Positions 23,856 through 32,000 of a DNA stretch of 32,000 bases are shown one piece after another. The stretch covers positions 3,240,001 to 3,272,000 of the forward strand of contig NC_014833.1 of NCBI RefSeq assembly GCF_000179635.2, written 5' to 3'. The notes beneath the pieces are model-generated. The model worked only from the letters and a program-made list of their open reading frames with translations. It was not told the origin of the DNA and ran no database searches. This DNA is from Ruminococcus albus 7 = DSM 20455. Lineage in GTDB: Bacteria > Bacillota > Clostridia > Oscillospirales > Ruminococcaceae. Positions within the stretch are counted from its first letter, which is position 1. Every line of letters begins with the position of its first letter. The translations under genes and the position numbers were made by a program.

Positions 23856-24710
23856 ATGATAGTTCATCTTGACGGTGATTTCGAGACTGTCGATTATATC
23901 GAGAACCGAAGCGTTCTTATCTACGATAACGTTGACAATGAGGAATATCCTCTCCACTGGCACAATGCCATCGAGATCGTCATGCCGCTCACTAACGGCT
24001 ATACCGTTATATGTGACGGCAAGACCTACGAATTGCACGAAAGGGATATACTCATAGTGCCTGCCGGTACTCTCCATTCAATGAAGGCACAGTCCGGCAG
24101 AAGGCTAATAATGCTTTTCGATAACAGAAGCATCAGCTCAAATCCCGCACTGTACGATCTCTACTCGGTGCTCAAATCTCCTGTGATGTTCGGCAGGGAG
24201 TATGACGAGGAGCTCCGTACCTCTCTCGGCAATCTCATAAAGGAGATATATACGCTGTACAGCAATTTCGATGTGCTTTCCGAAGTTTACATCTACATAA
24301 AACTGCTTACTCTCCTCGCAAGGATCAAGGAGAATCAGATAAGCGCCGTAAAGTACGATGACGAGAAGTATATGGAAAAATTCGGCAGTATAATAAAGTA
24401 TATCGAGCAGAACTATATGTACAATATCACCCTCGATGACCTGGCTAAAATGGCAGGCTACAGCAAGTACCATTTCTCTCGTATATTCAAGAAATACAGC
24501 CGCACCACTTTCATCAGCTTCCTCAATCACAGACGTATCAAAGCAGCCGAAATGCTGCTGCTGGATGAGAATATATCCGTAACCGAGGCTGCCATGCAGG
24601 TAGGTTTTTCCAGCCTTACTACTTTCAACAGAGTTTTCAGGGAGATCAAAGGCTGTACTCCCACCGAGTTCCGTAAGCTGTATAAACTCACCAACGTAAC
24701 AGGCGACTGA
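23856..24710 (+). CDS. AraC-family transcriptional regulator (cupin sensor domain plus 2x HTH)
   Basis: The ATG at 23856 follows GGGGGA. The cupin-like N-terminus contains HWHNAIEI. The C-terminal HTH_18 region reads ITLDDLAKMAGYSKYHFSRIFKKY...ISVTEAAMQVGFSSLTTFNRVFREIKGCTPTEFR. It lies divergent from the GH3 operon. Confidence 0.88.
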   Translation: MIVHLDGDFETVDYIENRSVLIYDNVDNEEYPLHWHNAIEIVMPLTNGYTVICDGKTYELHERDILIVPAGTLHSMKAQSGRRLIMLFDNRSISSNPALYDLYSVLKSPVMFGREYDEELRTSLGNLIKEIYTLYSNFDVLSEVYIYIKLLTLLARIKENQISAVKYDDEKYMEKFGSIIKYIEQNYMYNITLDDLAKMAGYSKYHFSRIFKKYSRTTFISFLNHRRIKAAEMLLLDENISVTEAAMQVGFSSLTTFNRVFREIKGCTPTEFRKLYKLTNVTGD

Positions 24711-24824
24711 TAAACACCAGGAACGGTATCCGTACAGAAGTTTATGCTATCTATTTTGGAAATCCCAAGCGTCAGCTTCGCTGATGCTGACCCCCATTTT
24801 ACGAAAACTTATATTTCTTTTTGG

Positions 24825-24868
24825 CAGGGGGTAGCTATGTTTTAAAACGTAGCTACCCCCTGTCTTTT
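24825..24868 (+). terminator. Strong rho-independent terminator after the AraC gene
   Basis: A 16 bp stem CAGGGGGTAGCTATGT / ACGTAGCTACCCCCTG (one G-U pair) with a 6 nt loop, then TCTTTTT. Confidence 0.75.
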
Positions 24869-25024
24869 TCTGTCTTAAAAAAAATCTTGCCCAAAAGAGT
24901 TAAAAGTCTGTTTGGATCTGCAAAAGCAAAGCCTTTGCAGACGGATTCGGGGGATAACTTTTCTTCAGAAAAGTTTCCCCCGATAAATAATATTAACTTT
25001 TGTACGGACACCGTCCTTATGTCA

Positions 25025-27634
25025 TCAGCTGATGCCGGGAATGGGTGGGATATCTGTTACTGACAGCTGTTTCTTTCCTTTTGAATGTGCTGCTATCTTT
25101 GAAGTATCGGTAACATTCAGCTTTCCGTCACGGTTCACATCCGAAAGCATACGCTGCTCATCGTTTTTTGGCACGCGTTTACCTTTAGTGAATGCGGCTG
25201 ACATGGATGTATCCGTAACATTTACCAGACCGTCCTTGTTGATATCTCCGTACCTGAATATATCAGCCTTTACCGACACATAATCATCGCCTGCACTTAT
25301 CTCTGTCCTGACCGACATATATGATGATCTTGTTATCCAAACGGTGTACTCACCCTCGGGTAGGTTCGTATAGAGGGTGCCGTCAGCATTGGCGTACATT
25401 CTGGTAACTCCGCCGTCCTTATCGACGAATATCACCTCTGTATCGTTGCTGCCGCCTTTTATCAATATACCTGTATTGCAGTCTACATCAATAACATCAT
25501 CGCGCTGTTCGGGACCCTTGTAGTCCTCGGGGGATACTATGTTGAAATCCATCGCTGCTGTACCGCTGTGATTTTTCATACCCGTGACAGTGATAGTCGC
25601 CTTGCCGATACCCACATTGTTTGCATAGGCTACTGTGTAATCCTCGCCTTCAACAAGCGCCTCACCCGATACGGGACTTCTCAGCTCCAGCCTTATCATT
25701 ATCGGTCTGCCTGTGTACCTTACGTCCTCTATCCTGTCAACGCTCCAGGGATAGCCTATATCCGCGGGCTCTATCTTAAAACTATAGCTCCTGGTGCCGA
25801 GATAATCGCCCTCGCCCTTTATGGTCAGCTTACCTGTGCCCGCATTGATATTATCTTCAAGCTGAAGGGTATAGTCCTTGTCGTTCACAAGGGTGTAAGC
25901 GCCCTCCTTTATTGTGACCTTTGGCACTATGGCTCTGCCCGTATATATGAGCCCGTCGCTCTTAACAGTTATGTTCAGCTTGCTCAGCTGAACAGGCTCG
26001 CGCCTTTCTATGGCAAAATCAACTGTCTTGGTGCCGCTGAAATAGCCCTTGCCCTTTATTGTCAGCTTGGCAGTACCTACGTACACATTATCCTTGTAGC
26101 TAACAGTATAATCAGTGCCCTCAGTAAGACGTTTGCCGCCCGAATGCACCTTGATCTTAGGCTCTATCGCCTCTCCGCTGTACACGTACCTATCCTCTGC
26201 GAGCTCTATATCAGCCGCAGCAACGGAGGTCGCAGGCATAACTTCCCTGTCCACCTGCCTGCCGCATTCACTGCACACCCTGAATCTTGAACCTGCTTCC
26301 ATTTCCGTGGGAGCCTTCTCAACTATCCAGCTGCCCCTTGTATGCTTGTGGGTCACAGTCACCTTGGTGTATATATCATCAAAGGAATCATCGGCGGTAC
26401 CCTCATAGAGGTATACAACACCCTCCTTTTTGGCTGTGAAGTATATATTGCCGCCCGATTGTATCATATCAAAATAATCACGTATCCTGCCGCCTGTTTC
26501 GCAGTAGTTCCATATACGGTATCCGCCTGAGCTCAGTGGATGATCGTAACCTTTCAGCAGCATGGAAGTTCCAAGTTCTACTTCGTATTTGTCCTCGGGG
26601 AATCCGAGGGTATAATCGTCCGCATCCAGCAGATCGAAATAATTGACCTTGTAGCTTACAGGCTTTTCATTTCCGTCCTTGTCGTATATGCCGGTGACCC
26701 TGACATCAATAACATCGTTCCTCGGAAGTATGCCGGGGTTGAATATTATACAGTTGTTGTTGGATGTTATGTTGGCATCGCTCACGTTGAAATAACCCAC
26801 CAGCTTAGAAACATCGGAGGGTGAGTTCTTATCAAACGTAAATGTCTTGCCGAGAAGCTTAGATGTGAGTGTTACCTTTACCTTGTCCCTTTCGGGCTTG
26901 GAATATGTCTTGGTGTTCAGCGTAACCGAGTAGGCATAGCCGTTCTTGTTTTCACCAAGAAGCTCATAGGGCATATTCGCAGGCGGCCAGCAGATATAAT
27001 CACCCGTGAATTTTTCCTTGCGTGATTTATCCCTTACGTACATGGCAGTGCTGTCATAGACCGCACCAAGACCCGTCTTCTGCATATCTGGATTGAGCAG
27101 CCACCGTCTGTGTCCCAGTTTTGAGATATTGCTCTCATCGGTATCAGCCATATAACCCTCTGTTACCGAAGCCTGTATGTTCATATATCCCTTACCGATA
27201 TTCGATTCACCCGAGCCCTTGTAAGCCAGTTCGTATACAGCATCGCTCATGACCGCAGGTTTGGAAGGGGTATGACTAAGCACCTTGTTGATGTATATTA
27301 TCAGGCTTGCATTCTGCGCCAGTTCATTGTAGGTGCTGTCAAGCTCAACATCATAGGGCAGACCTGCCAGATATCGACAGAAGTTCACCGAATCCAGTCC
27401 GTCATCCAGGGTGTCCTGCTCCAGTTTTCCCGCGTAAGTCGGGTACTCAGCGGAGTAACCTTCACTGTACTGCGATACATCATGAAGATCGAAATACATC
27501 TTATTATACATATCCTTGATCTCTGCCTGCGTATGCCTTTCAAGGTCATAAGCATGCGCACCGATCATAGTGCCGCACAGTGCCGCTGATGCCACCGCAG
27601 CTGCAAGCAGATCCTTCATCAGCCTTTTAGTCAT
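25025..27634 (-). CDS. Secreted multidomain protein: CAP/YkwD-like domain, three Ig-like repeats, C-terminal type I dockerin
   Basis: The ATG at 27634 lies about 10 nt after AAGGAGGG; the track GTG at 27643 abuts the RBS. Signal peptide ...GTMIGAHA. CAP motif LGHRRWLLNPDMQKTGLG. Three repeats of about 65 aa (YSGEAIEPKIKV.., YTGRAIVPKVTI.., YTGRPIMIRLEL..) map to about 25535-26212. The dockerin duplicated Ca-binding loops DINKDGLVNVTD and DVNRDGKLNVTD map to about 25070-25255. Confidence 0.85.
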   Translation of the reverse strand: MTKRLMKDLLAAAVASAALCGTMIGAHAYDLERHTQAEIKDMYNKMYFDLHDVSQYSEGYSAEYPTYAGKLEQDTLDDGLDSVNFCRYLAGLPYDVELDSTYNELAQNASLIIYINKVLSHTPSKPAVMSDAVYELAYKGSGESNIGKGYMNIQASVTEGYMADTDESNISKLGHRRWLLNPDMQKTGLGAVYDSTAMYVRDKSRKEKFTGDYICWPPANMPYELLGENKNGYAYSVTLNTKTYSKPERDKVKVTLTSKLLGKTFTFDKNSPSDVSKLVGYFNVSDANITSNNNCIIFNPGILPRNDVIDVRVTGIYDKDGNEKPVSYKVNYFDLLDADDYTLGFPEDKYEVELGTSMLLKGYDHPLSSGGYRIWNYCETGGRIRDYFDMIQSGGNIYFTAKKEGVVYLYEGTADDSFDDIYTKVTVTHKHTRGSWIVEKAPTEMEAGSRFRVCSECGRQVDREVMPATSVAAADIELAEDRYVYSGEAIEPKIKVHSGGKRLTEGTDYTVSYKDNVYVGTAKLTIKGKGYFSGTKTVDFAIERREPVQLSKLNITVKSDGLIYTGRAIVPKVTIKEGAYTLVNDKDYTLQLEDNINAGTGKLTIKGEGDYLGTRSYSFKIEPADIGYPWSVDRIEDVRYTGRPIMIRLELRSPVSGEALVEGEDYTVAYANNVGIGKATITVTGMKNHSGTAAMDFNIVSPEDYKGPEQRDDVIDVDCNTGILIKGGSNDTEVIFVDKDGGVTRMYANADGTLYTNLPEGEYTVWITRSSYMSVRTEISAGDDYVSVKADIFRYGDINKDGLVNVTDTSMSAAFTKGKRVPKNDEQRMLSDVNRDGKLNVTDTSKIAAHSKGKKQLSVTDIPPIPGIS

Positions 27635-27724
27635 TCCGGTCACCCTCCTTACTTTCGATCCCTTTGTTGTAAAAGGTCATGTTTGTGTTTATCAATATAG
27701 TGAATTTCCACTGGTATTATACTA

Positions 27725-27753
27725 ATTATAACACGTTTTAACTTCAAGTTCAA
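27725..27753 (-). promoter_or_regulatory. Candidate promoter (extended -10) for the dockerin protein gene
   Basis: Minus strand: TTGAAC (27753-27748), a 17 nt spacer, TGtTATAAT with TATAAT at 27730-27725. Confidence 0.5.
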
Positions 27754-27861
27754 CAAATTTATTCAGGAATATAAGCTGAATTTCCAAAGCCTTGTTTGTG
27801 TATATTCCACAAAGTTCCAAAAAATATCCGCCTTACAATAAATATCGCAGGCGGAAAAACC

Positions 27862-27913
27862 ATATAAAACAAAATCAAGCTCAGAGGTCCTTGGCCAAAA
27901 CCTTTGAGCTTGA
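27862..27913 (-). terminator. Terminator after the GTPase-NYN gene (hairpin usable in both directions)
   Basis: A 13 bp stem TCAAGCTCAGAGG / CCTTTGAGCTTGA (one G-U pair). It is followed by TTTTGTTTT on the minus strand and by TCTTGTTGTTTTTT on the plus strand. Confidence 0.6.
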
Positions 27914-28101
27914 TCTTGTTGTTTTTTATAAAGTCGGGTTAAAAGTGGTAATTCTCAATGTTAAGCGGATACGGAGTTTTTTGTGTTCTCTGTATCTTAT
28001 GTATGTATTATATACCATTTTGCCCGAACGCACATCACCCAAAGTGACTAGATAATTGTAAACGTTTTGTTAACGAGTATTTTTCGTTATTCCGCCACTG
28101 A

Positions 28102-30678
28102 CTATTTCAGCCTTTTGGAATTCAGCTTCTCGATATACTCACGGACAGCCCTCTCGGAGGATTCCACCTCATGTTTAAGATCGCTCGCAGACATTCTCCG
28201 TGCGCCCGAACCCATGATTATAACCTGTTCCAGTCCGTCGGATGTCGCTACTGTTACGCGGTGATCCTTTGCCAGCTGATGCGCAGTCCTTTCGATATAG
28301 GTGTCAGCAGTTTCAGCCTCCTTGGTATACACCACGCTTACGCTGCCTGCCTTGTCGATATGTTCGGGTTCTTTAACGCGGTACGCATCGAAGACTATTA
28401 TCATCTCGCATCCCCTGCACCCCTGAAAACTGCTCAGGCGGTTTATCAGCGTGCTTCGCGCAAGGTCAAGACTTTCCGCCGCCTGCTTTTTAAGGTCGTC
28501 CCATGCGAATATTATATTGTATCCGTCCACAAGGAGATACTCGGGACCCGTTGGCACAGGGCGCGGCTTAGCTTTGGTCTTTGTGACCTCTTTCGGGGTA
28601 CGCATAGCATCACGTTTTTTGCGGTTTATGGAACCGTAGGTGCGCTCGAATATCGCCATGAGTTCCTCATCCTCAACTGCACGCCGTACAAAATCCACAG
28701 CGCGGGTGCGGACTTCCTCCGCCTGCTGATACTGCCGCCTGCCTGTTTCGGGGCTTACGTGCATATGTTCATCAGCTTCGCCCCACGGAACAACGTGTCC
28801 CGCACCGTGGGAACAGAATACGGAATCCGCAAAATTGTGGGTATCGGAATCTGGATCATAGCCTATCTCAGCGATGACCTCGTCAGCATCTATGCAGGTA
28901 TCATAGCCTGCCGCACGACAGCTAAGCCTTCCAAGCCCCTTGGTGTAGCCTGCCACCTCGGTATGATAGAACCTCAGCTTCGATACAGGGGCAGTACCCG
29001 TGAGAACAGCGTTTTCGCCGTCAGTCTCCGGGGGATCGCAGTGCGCCCCCATGCGGTCAAGGTCGGTGAGCGCCCTGCCCACATTAGCCGCAGGTATCTC
29101 CAGCCTGTAGGCATACCAAGGCTCCAGCAGGATACTTTTCGCCTTGCGCAGACCCTGCCTTACAGCGCGGTAAGTCGCCTGACGGAAATCTCCGCCCTCG
29201 GTATGTTTAAGGTGCGCACGTCCCGCAGTAAGAGTTATGCGCATATCCGTAATAGGCGAACAGGTCAGCACGCCGCGGTGAGTCTTCTCTTTCAGGTGGG
29301 TAAGTATCAGCCTCTGCCAGTTGCGGCTGAGGATATCCTCACTGCAGTCGCTGTAGAACTCCAGACCGCTTCCGCGGGGCAGGGGTTCAAGGCGCAGATG
29401 AACCTCGGCATAATGGCGCAAAGGCTCGAAATGACCTGCACCGTCCACGGGCTCAGCTATAGTTTCGCGGTAGGCTATGCGCCCCTCGCCAAGCTCGATA
29501 TCCATGCCAAAACGCTCGCTGACAATCCGCTTCAGCACCTCAGCCTGGACCTCGCCCATGAGCGCCGCTGTGACTTCGTGGAGCTGTTCATTGTAATTGA
29601 CGGTCATGGTGGGATCCTCATCTTCAAGGATCCTGAGCCTGCCAAGGAGTGTATGCTCGTCCACACCCTCGGGCGCTTTCACGCGGTAGGTAAGAACCGG
29701 TTCAAGTATCTGCTCGGTATCGGTAGGTTCAGCCCCAAGACCCTGTCCTGCAAACGTGGAAGTTAATCCCGGCACTGCACAGACCTCACCCTGAGAAACT
29801 TCCTCGGCATTTCTCGCTTTTTCGCCGCTGTACACCCTTATCCTGCCGACTTTCTCGGTGATCTCCTCACCCTCGCGGTCGGTATAGGTAAGCACATCTC
29901 TCACTGCCAGACTTCCGCCGGTTATCTTCATGTGGGTAAGTCTTGCGCCGCCGTCCTCGGTTATCTTGTATACCTTCGCGCCGAACCCGGACTTCTCCTC
30001 GGGAAGTGGGATATACCTTGAAACGCAGTCCAGCAGACCCTCAATGCCCTCCAGCCTGAGAGCAGAACCGAAGCAAACGGGTATCAGTCTTCTGCATTCA
30101 ATAGCCGATATCATTTTTTCATCGGTGATCTCACCGTTTTCAAGGTATTCCTCCATCATCTCCTCGGTACAGAGGGACAGGGCTTCATATAGTTCATCAC
30201 GGGGCTGAGCGAAGGAAACACATCTGTCGCCCATGGCAGCGGTCAGGGAGTTCATAACAAAATCCTTACGTGCACCGTCCATATCCATTTTATTAACGAA
30301 TACAAAAGTCGGTATATCATAGCGTTCCAGCAAACGTGCAAGGGTCTTGGTATGGGGCTGTACACCGTCGGTACCGCTGATGACCAGTATCGCCGCATCT
30401 ATCACCCTGAGAGTACGCTCGGTCTCGCCTGAAAAGTCAACGTGGCCGGGAGTATCCAGCAAAGTGAATCCCACTCCGCCGTACTCAAAGACTGCTTGTT
30501 TGGAGAATATTGTTATACCGCGATCACGCTCAATGGCATTATTATCAAGGAAAGCGTCCTTGTGATCCACCCTTCCGAGCTTGCGGATAGCCCCGCTTTT
30601 ATACAGCATAGCCTCCGATAGCGTTGTCTTGCCCGAGTCAACGTGGGCGAGTATGCCTATTACTGCTTTTTTGTTCAT
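28102..30678 (-). CDS. Translation-factor GTPase (TetM/EF-G-like, about 640 aa) fused to a C-terminal Rae1/YacP-type NYN ribonuclease domain
   Basis: G1 AHVDSGKT, G2 RGITI, G3 DTPGH and G4 NKMD, followed by an EF-G/TetM-like domain II-V body. Residues 641-711 form a basic linker. Residues 712-835 carry LLVDGYN, IVFDA, ETADTYIE and VATSD, which match the conserved blocks of B. subtilis YacP/Rae1. The 858 codons form one uninterrupted ORF. Confidence 0.9.
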   Translation of the reverse strand: MNKKAVIGILAHVDSGKTTLSEAMLYKSGAIRKLGRVDHKDAFLDNNAIERDRGITIFSKQAVFEYGGVGFTLLDTPGHVDFSGETERTLRVIDAAILVISGTDGVQPHTKTLARLLERYDIPTFVFVNKMDMDGARKDFVMNSLTAAMGDRCVSFAQPRDELYEALSLCTEEMMEEYLENGEITDEKMISAIECRRLIPVCFGSALRLEGIEGLLDCVSRYIPLPEEKSGFGAKVYKITEDGGARLTHMKITGGSLAVRDVLTYTDREGEEITEKVGRIRVYSGEKARNAEEVSQGEVCAVPGLTSTFAGQGLGAEPTDTEQILEPVLTYRVKAPEGVDEHTLLGRLRILEDEDPTMTVNYNEQLHEVTAALMGEVQAEVLKRIVSERFGMDIELGEGRIAYRETIAEPVDGAGHFEPLRHYAEVHLRLEPLPRGSGLEFYSDCSEDILSRNWQRLILTHLKEKTHRGVLTCSPITDMRITLTAGRAHLKHTEGGDFRQATYRAVRQGLRKAKSILLEPWYAYRLEIPAANVGRALTDLDRMGAHCDPPETDGENAVLTGTAPVSKLRFYHTEVAGYTKGLGRLSCRAAGYDTCIDADEVIAEIGYDPDSDTHNFADSVFCSHGAGHVVPWGEADEHMHVSPETGRRQYQQAEEVRTRAVDFVRRAVEDEELMAIFERTYGSINRKKRDAMRTPKEVTKTKAKPRPVPTGPEYLLVDGYNIIFAWDDLKKQAAESLDLARSTLINRLSSFQGCRGCEMIIVFDAYRVKEPEHIDKAGSVSVVYTKEAETADTYIERTAHQLAKDHRVTVATSDGLEQVIIMGSGARRMSASDLKHEVESSERAVREYIEKLNSKRLK

Positions 30679-30744
30679 ATATTTATACCAGCCTTATCAT
30701 ATCCAAATTCATGCACACAGACCCACATGGTCAGCATTTAATTT

Positions 30745-30773
30745 ATTGTAACATATTTGTTTGAAATTGTAAA
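30745..30773 (-). promoter_or_regulatory. Candidate promoter (extended -10) for the GTPase-NYN gene
   Basis: Minus strand: TTTACA (30773-30768), a 17 nt spacer, TGtTACAAT with TACAAT at 30750-30745. Confidence 0.45.
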
Positions 30774-30797
30774 GGTCTTAAAATGACCCCGAATACA

Positions 30798-30830
30798 TAA
30801 AAAAGGACCGAGCCTTTCGACTCGGTCCTT
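30798..30830 (-). terminator. Rho-independent terminator after tuf
   Basis: A 10 bp stem AAGGACCGAG / CTCGGTCCTT with an 8 nt loop. On the minus strand it is followed by TTTTT. Confidence 0.75.
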
Positions 30831-30855
30831 GATGTTACAGCATTAATGCTATTGA

Positions 30856-32000
30856 TTATTCGTTGATAGCAGTAACAACGCCGGAACCTACAGTTCTACC
30901 ACCCTCACGGATAGCGAAACGCAGACCCTCTTCAATAGCGATAGGAGTGATCAGCTCAACGTCCATAGTTACGTTATCACCAGGCATGCACATCTCCTTG
31001 TCAGCAGGCAGAGAGATGATACCGGTAACGTCAGTTGTTCTGAAATAGAACTGAGGTCTGTAGTTGTTGAAGAAAGGAGTATGACGGCCGCCCTCTTCCT
31101 TCTTCAGAACGTAAACCTGACCGCTGAACTTAGTGTGGGGGTGAATGGAGCCGGGCTTACAAAGAACCTGACCTCTTTCAACCTGATCTCTTGTGATACC
31201 ACGGAGCAGAGCGCCGATGTTATCACCAGCCATAGCGGAATCCAGAGTCTTTCTGAACATCTCGATACCGGTTACAACTGTGGACTGCTTCTCATCAGAC
31301 AGACCAACGATCTCAACGGTCTCACCAGTGTTCAGAACACCTCTCTCAACTCTACCTGTAACAACGGTACCACGGCCGGAGATGGTCATAGTATCCTCAA
31401 CAGGCATCAGGAAAGGCTTAGCGTCGTCTCTCTCAGGAGTAGGAATGTACTCGTCAACAGCGTCCATCAGCTTGATGATAGGCTCGTAAGCAGGATCGCT
31501 CAGGTCATCGGGAGCTTCAAGAGCAGCCAGAGCAGAACCAACGATGATAGGAGTATCATCGCCAGGGAAATCATAAGAGCTCAGCAGATCTCTGATATCC
31601 ATCTCAACCAGCTCGAGCAGCTCAGGATCGTCAACCTGGTCAGCCTTGTTCATGAATACAACGATTGCAGGAACGCCAACCTGACGAGCCAGCAGGATGT
31701 GCTCTCTTGTCTGAGCCATAGGGCCGTCAGAAGCAGCACAAACCAGGATAGCGCCGTCCATCTGAGCAGCACCTGTGATCATGTTCTTAACGTAGTCAGC
31801 GTGGCCGGGGCAGTCAACGTGAGCATAGTGTCTCTTATCAGTCTCATACTCAACGTGAGCGGTATTGATTGTGATACCTCTCTCTCTCTCCTCGGGAGCC
31901 TTATCGATCATGTCATAAGCCTCAAACTTAGCCTGACCCTTCATAGCCAGTGTCTTGGTGATAGCAGCTGTCAGGGTAGTCTTACCGTGGTCAACGTGAC
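30856..32000 (-). CDS. tuf: Elongation factor Tu (5-prime end runs off the window)
   Basis: [18 protein letters not shown] is encoded at 31945-32000, upstream of the track's internal Met. [16 protein letters not shown], and the C-terminal domains II and III are unmistakably EF-Tu. Codon usage is strongly biased, with third positions favouring C/T and frequent GGT and CGT. Confidence 0.97.
   Translation of the reverse strand, partial: HVDHGKTTLTAAITKTLAMKGQAKFEAYDMIDKAPEERERGITINTAHVEYETDKRHYAHVDCPGHADYVKNMITGAAQMDGAILVCAASDGPMAQTREHILLARQVGVPAIVVFMNKADQVDDPELLELVEMDIRDLLSSYDFPGDDTPIIVGSALAALEAPDDLSDPAYEPIIKLMDAVDEYIPTPERDDAKPFLMPVEDTMTISGRGTVVTGRVERGVLNTGETVEIVGLSDEKQSTVVTGIEMFRKTLDSAMAGDNIGALLRGITRDQVERGQVLCKPGSIHPHTKFSGQVYVLKKEEGGRHTPFFNNYRPQFYFRTTDVTGIISLPADKEMCMPGDNVTMDVELITPIAIEEGLRFAIREGGRTVGSGVVTAINE

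Noticed and set aside
27792-28055. An 87-aa plus-strand ORF in the spacer between the dockerin gene and the GTPase-NYN gene.
   Set aside because: It begins with TTG, has no RBS, spans the bidirectional terminator hairpin (27875-27913), and is Lys/Arg/Tyr-rich as expected from AT-rich noncoding DNA.
28171-29766. A 531-aa plus-strand ORF opposite the GTPase-NYN gene. Similar long antisense ORFs occur at 4352-5188, 6383-7138, 10760-11476, 16049-16570, 19710-20516, 21593-22612, 22587-23525 and 25568-26290.
   Set aside because: Each lies entirely within a gene on the other strand that has unmistakable family motifs. They lack Shine-Dalgarno sequences and have unnatural Cys/Arg/Leu-rich composition. 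They are typical shadow ORFs.
28102-30678. Calling this gene a tetracycline-resistance ribosomal protection protein (tet(M)/tet(O)-like).
   Set aside because: The GTPase body is TetM/EF-G-like in architecture only. I cannot establish orthology by eye. There is no mobile-element context, and the C-terminal NYN fusion is not a feature of Tet proteins. A resistance call would be unsupported.
1-32000. I searched for CRISPR arrays, tRNA/rRNA genes, IS elements or transposases, integrases and long direct or inverted repeats that would mark a mobile island.
   Set aside because: I recognised none. The only repeats seen are intragenic: the His-rich tract, the Ig-like repeats and the dockerin loops. 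The window reads as chromosomal backbone. A small tRNA-like or sRNA element could still be missed by eye.

Overview
The window looks like chromosomal DNA from a low-to-mid GC Firmicute of the Clostridia. A Ruminococcus-like, cellulosome-producing organism is my inference, based on a C-terminal type I dockerin, Firmicute-style promoters (TTGACA, 17 nt, TGnTATAAT) and GGAGG ribosome binding sites. I call about 25 protein genes and see no rRNA, tRNA, CRISPR array or obvious transposase. From left to right: an OmpR/histidine-kinase two-component pair with a translationally coupled membrane protein; an XRE regulator; a hypothetical gene whose promoter carries two LexA (Cheo) boxes; a FemAB-family peptidoglycan bridge transferase; a FliB/YkgJ-like Cys-rich protein plus a small partner; a membrane-anchored C11 clostripain-like peptidase; a CpsB/YwqE-type PHP phosphatase; DegV; an SPFH/band-7 protein with a small ribbon-helix-helix partner; an SH3b membrane protein; a three-gene operon with two COG0523 (CobW-like) GTPases flanking an internally duplicated unknown protein; an acyl-CoA ligase; a GH3 glycosidase locus with a divergent AraC regulator; a dockerin-bearing CAP-domain surface protein; a translational GTPase fused to an NYN ribonuclease; and a partial tuf gene. 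The most unusual items are three. First, the in-frame fusion of a full-length TetM/EF-G-like ribosomal GTPase to a Rae1/YacP-type NYN endoribonuclease, directly downstream of tuf. Second, the double-COG0523 operon with an extreme His-rich, CTCGC-containing insertion. Third, the tandem LexA boxes on the promoter of an uncharacterised gene. All functional calls come from reading motifs by eye. No database searches were run.
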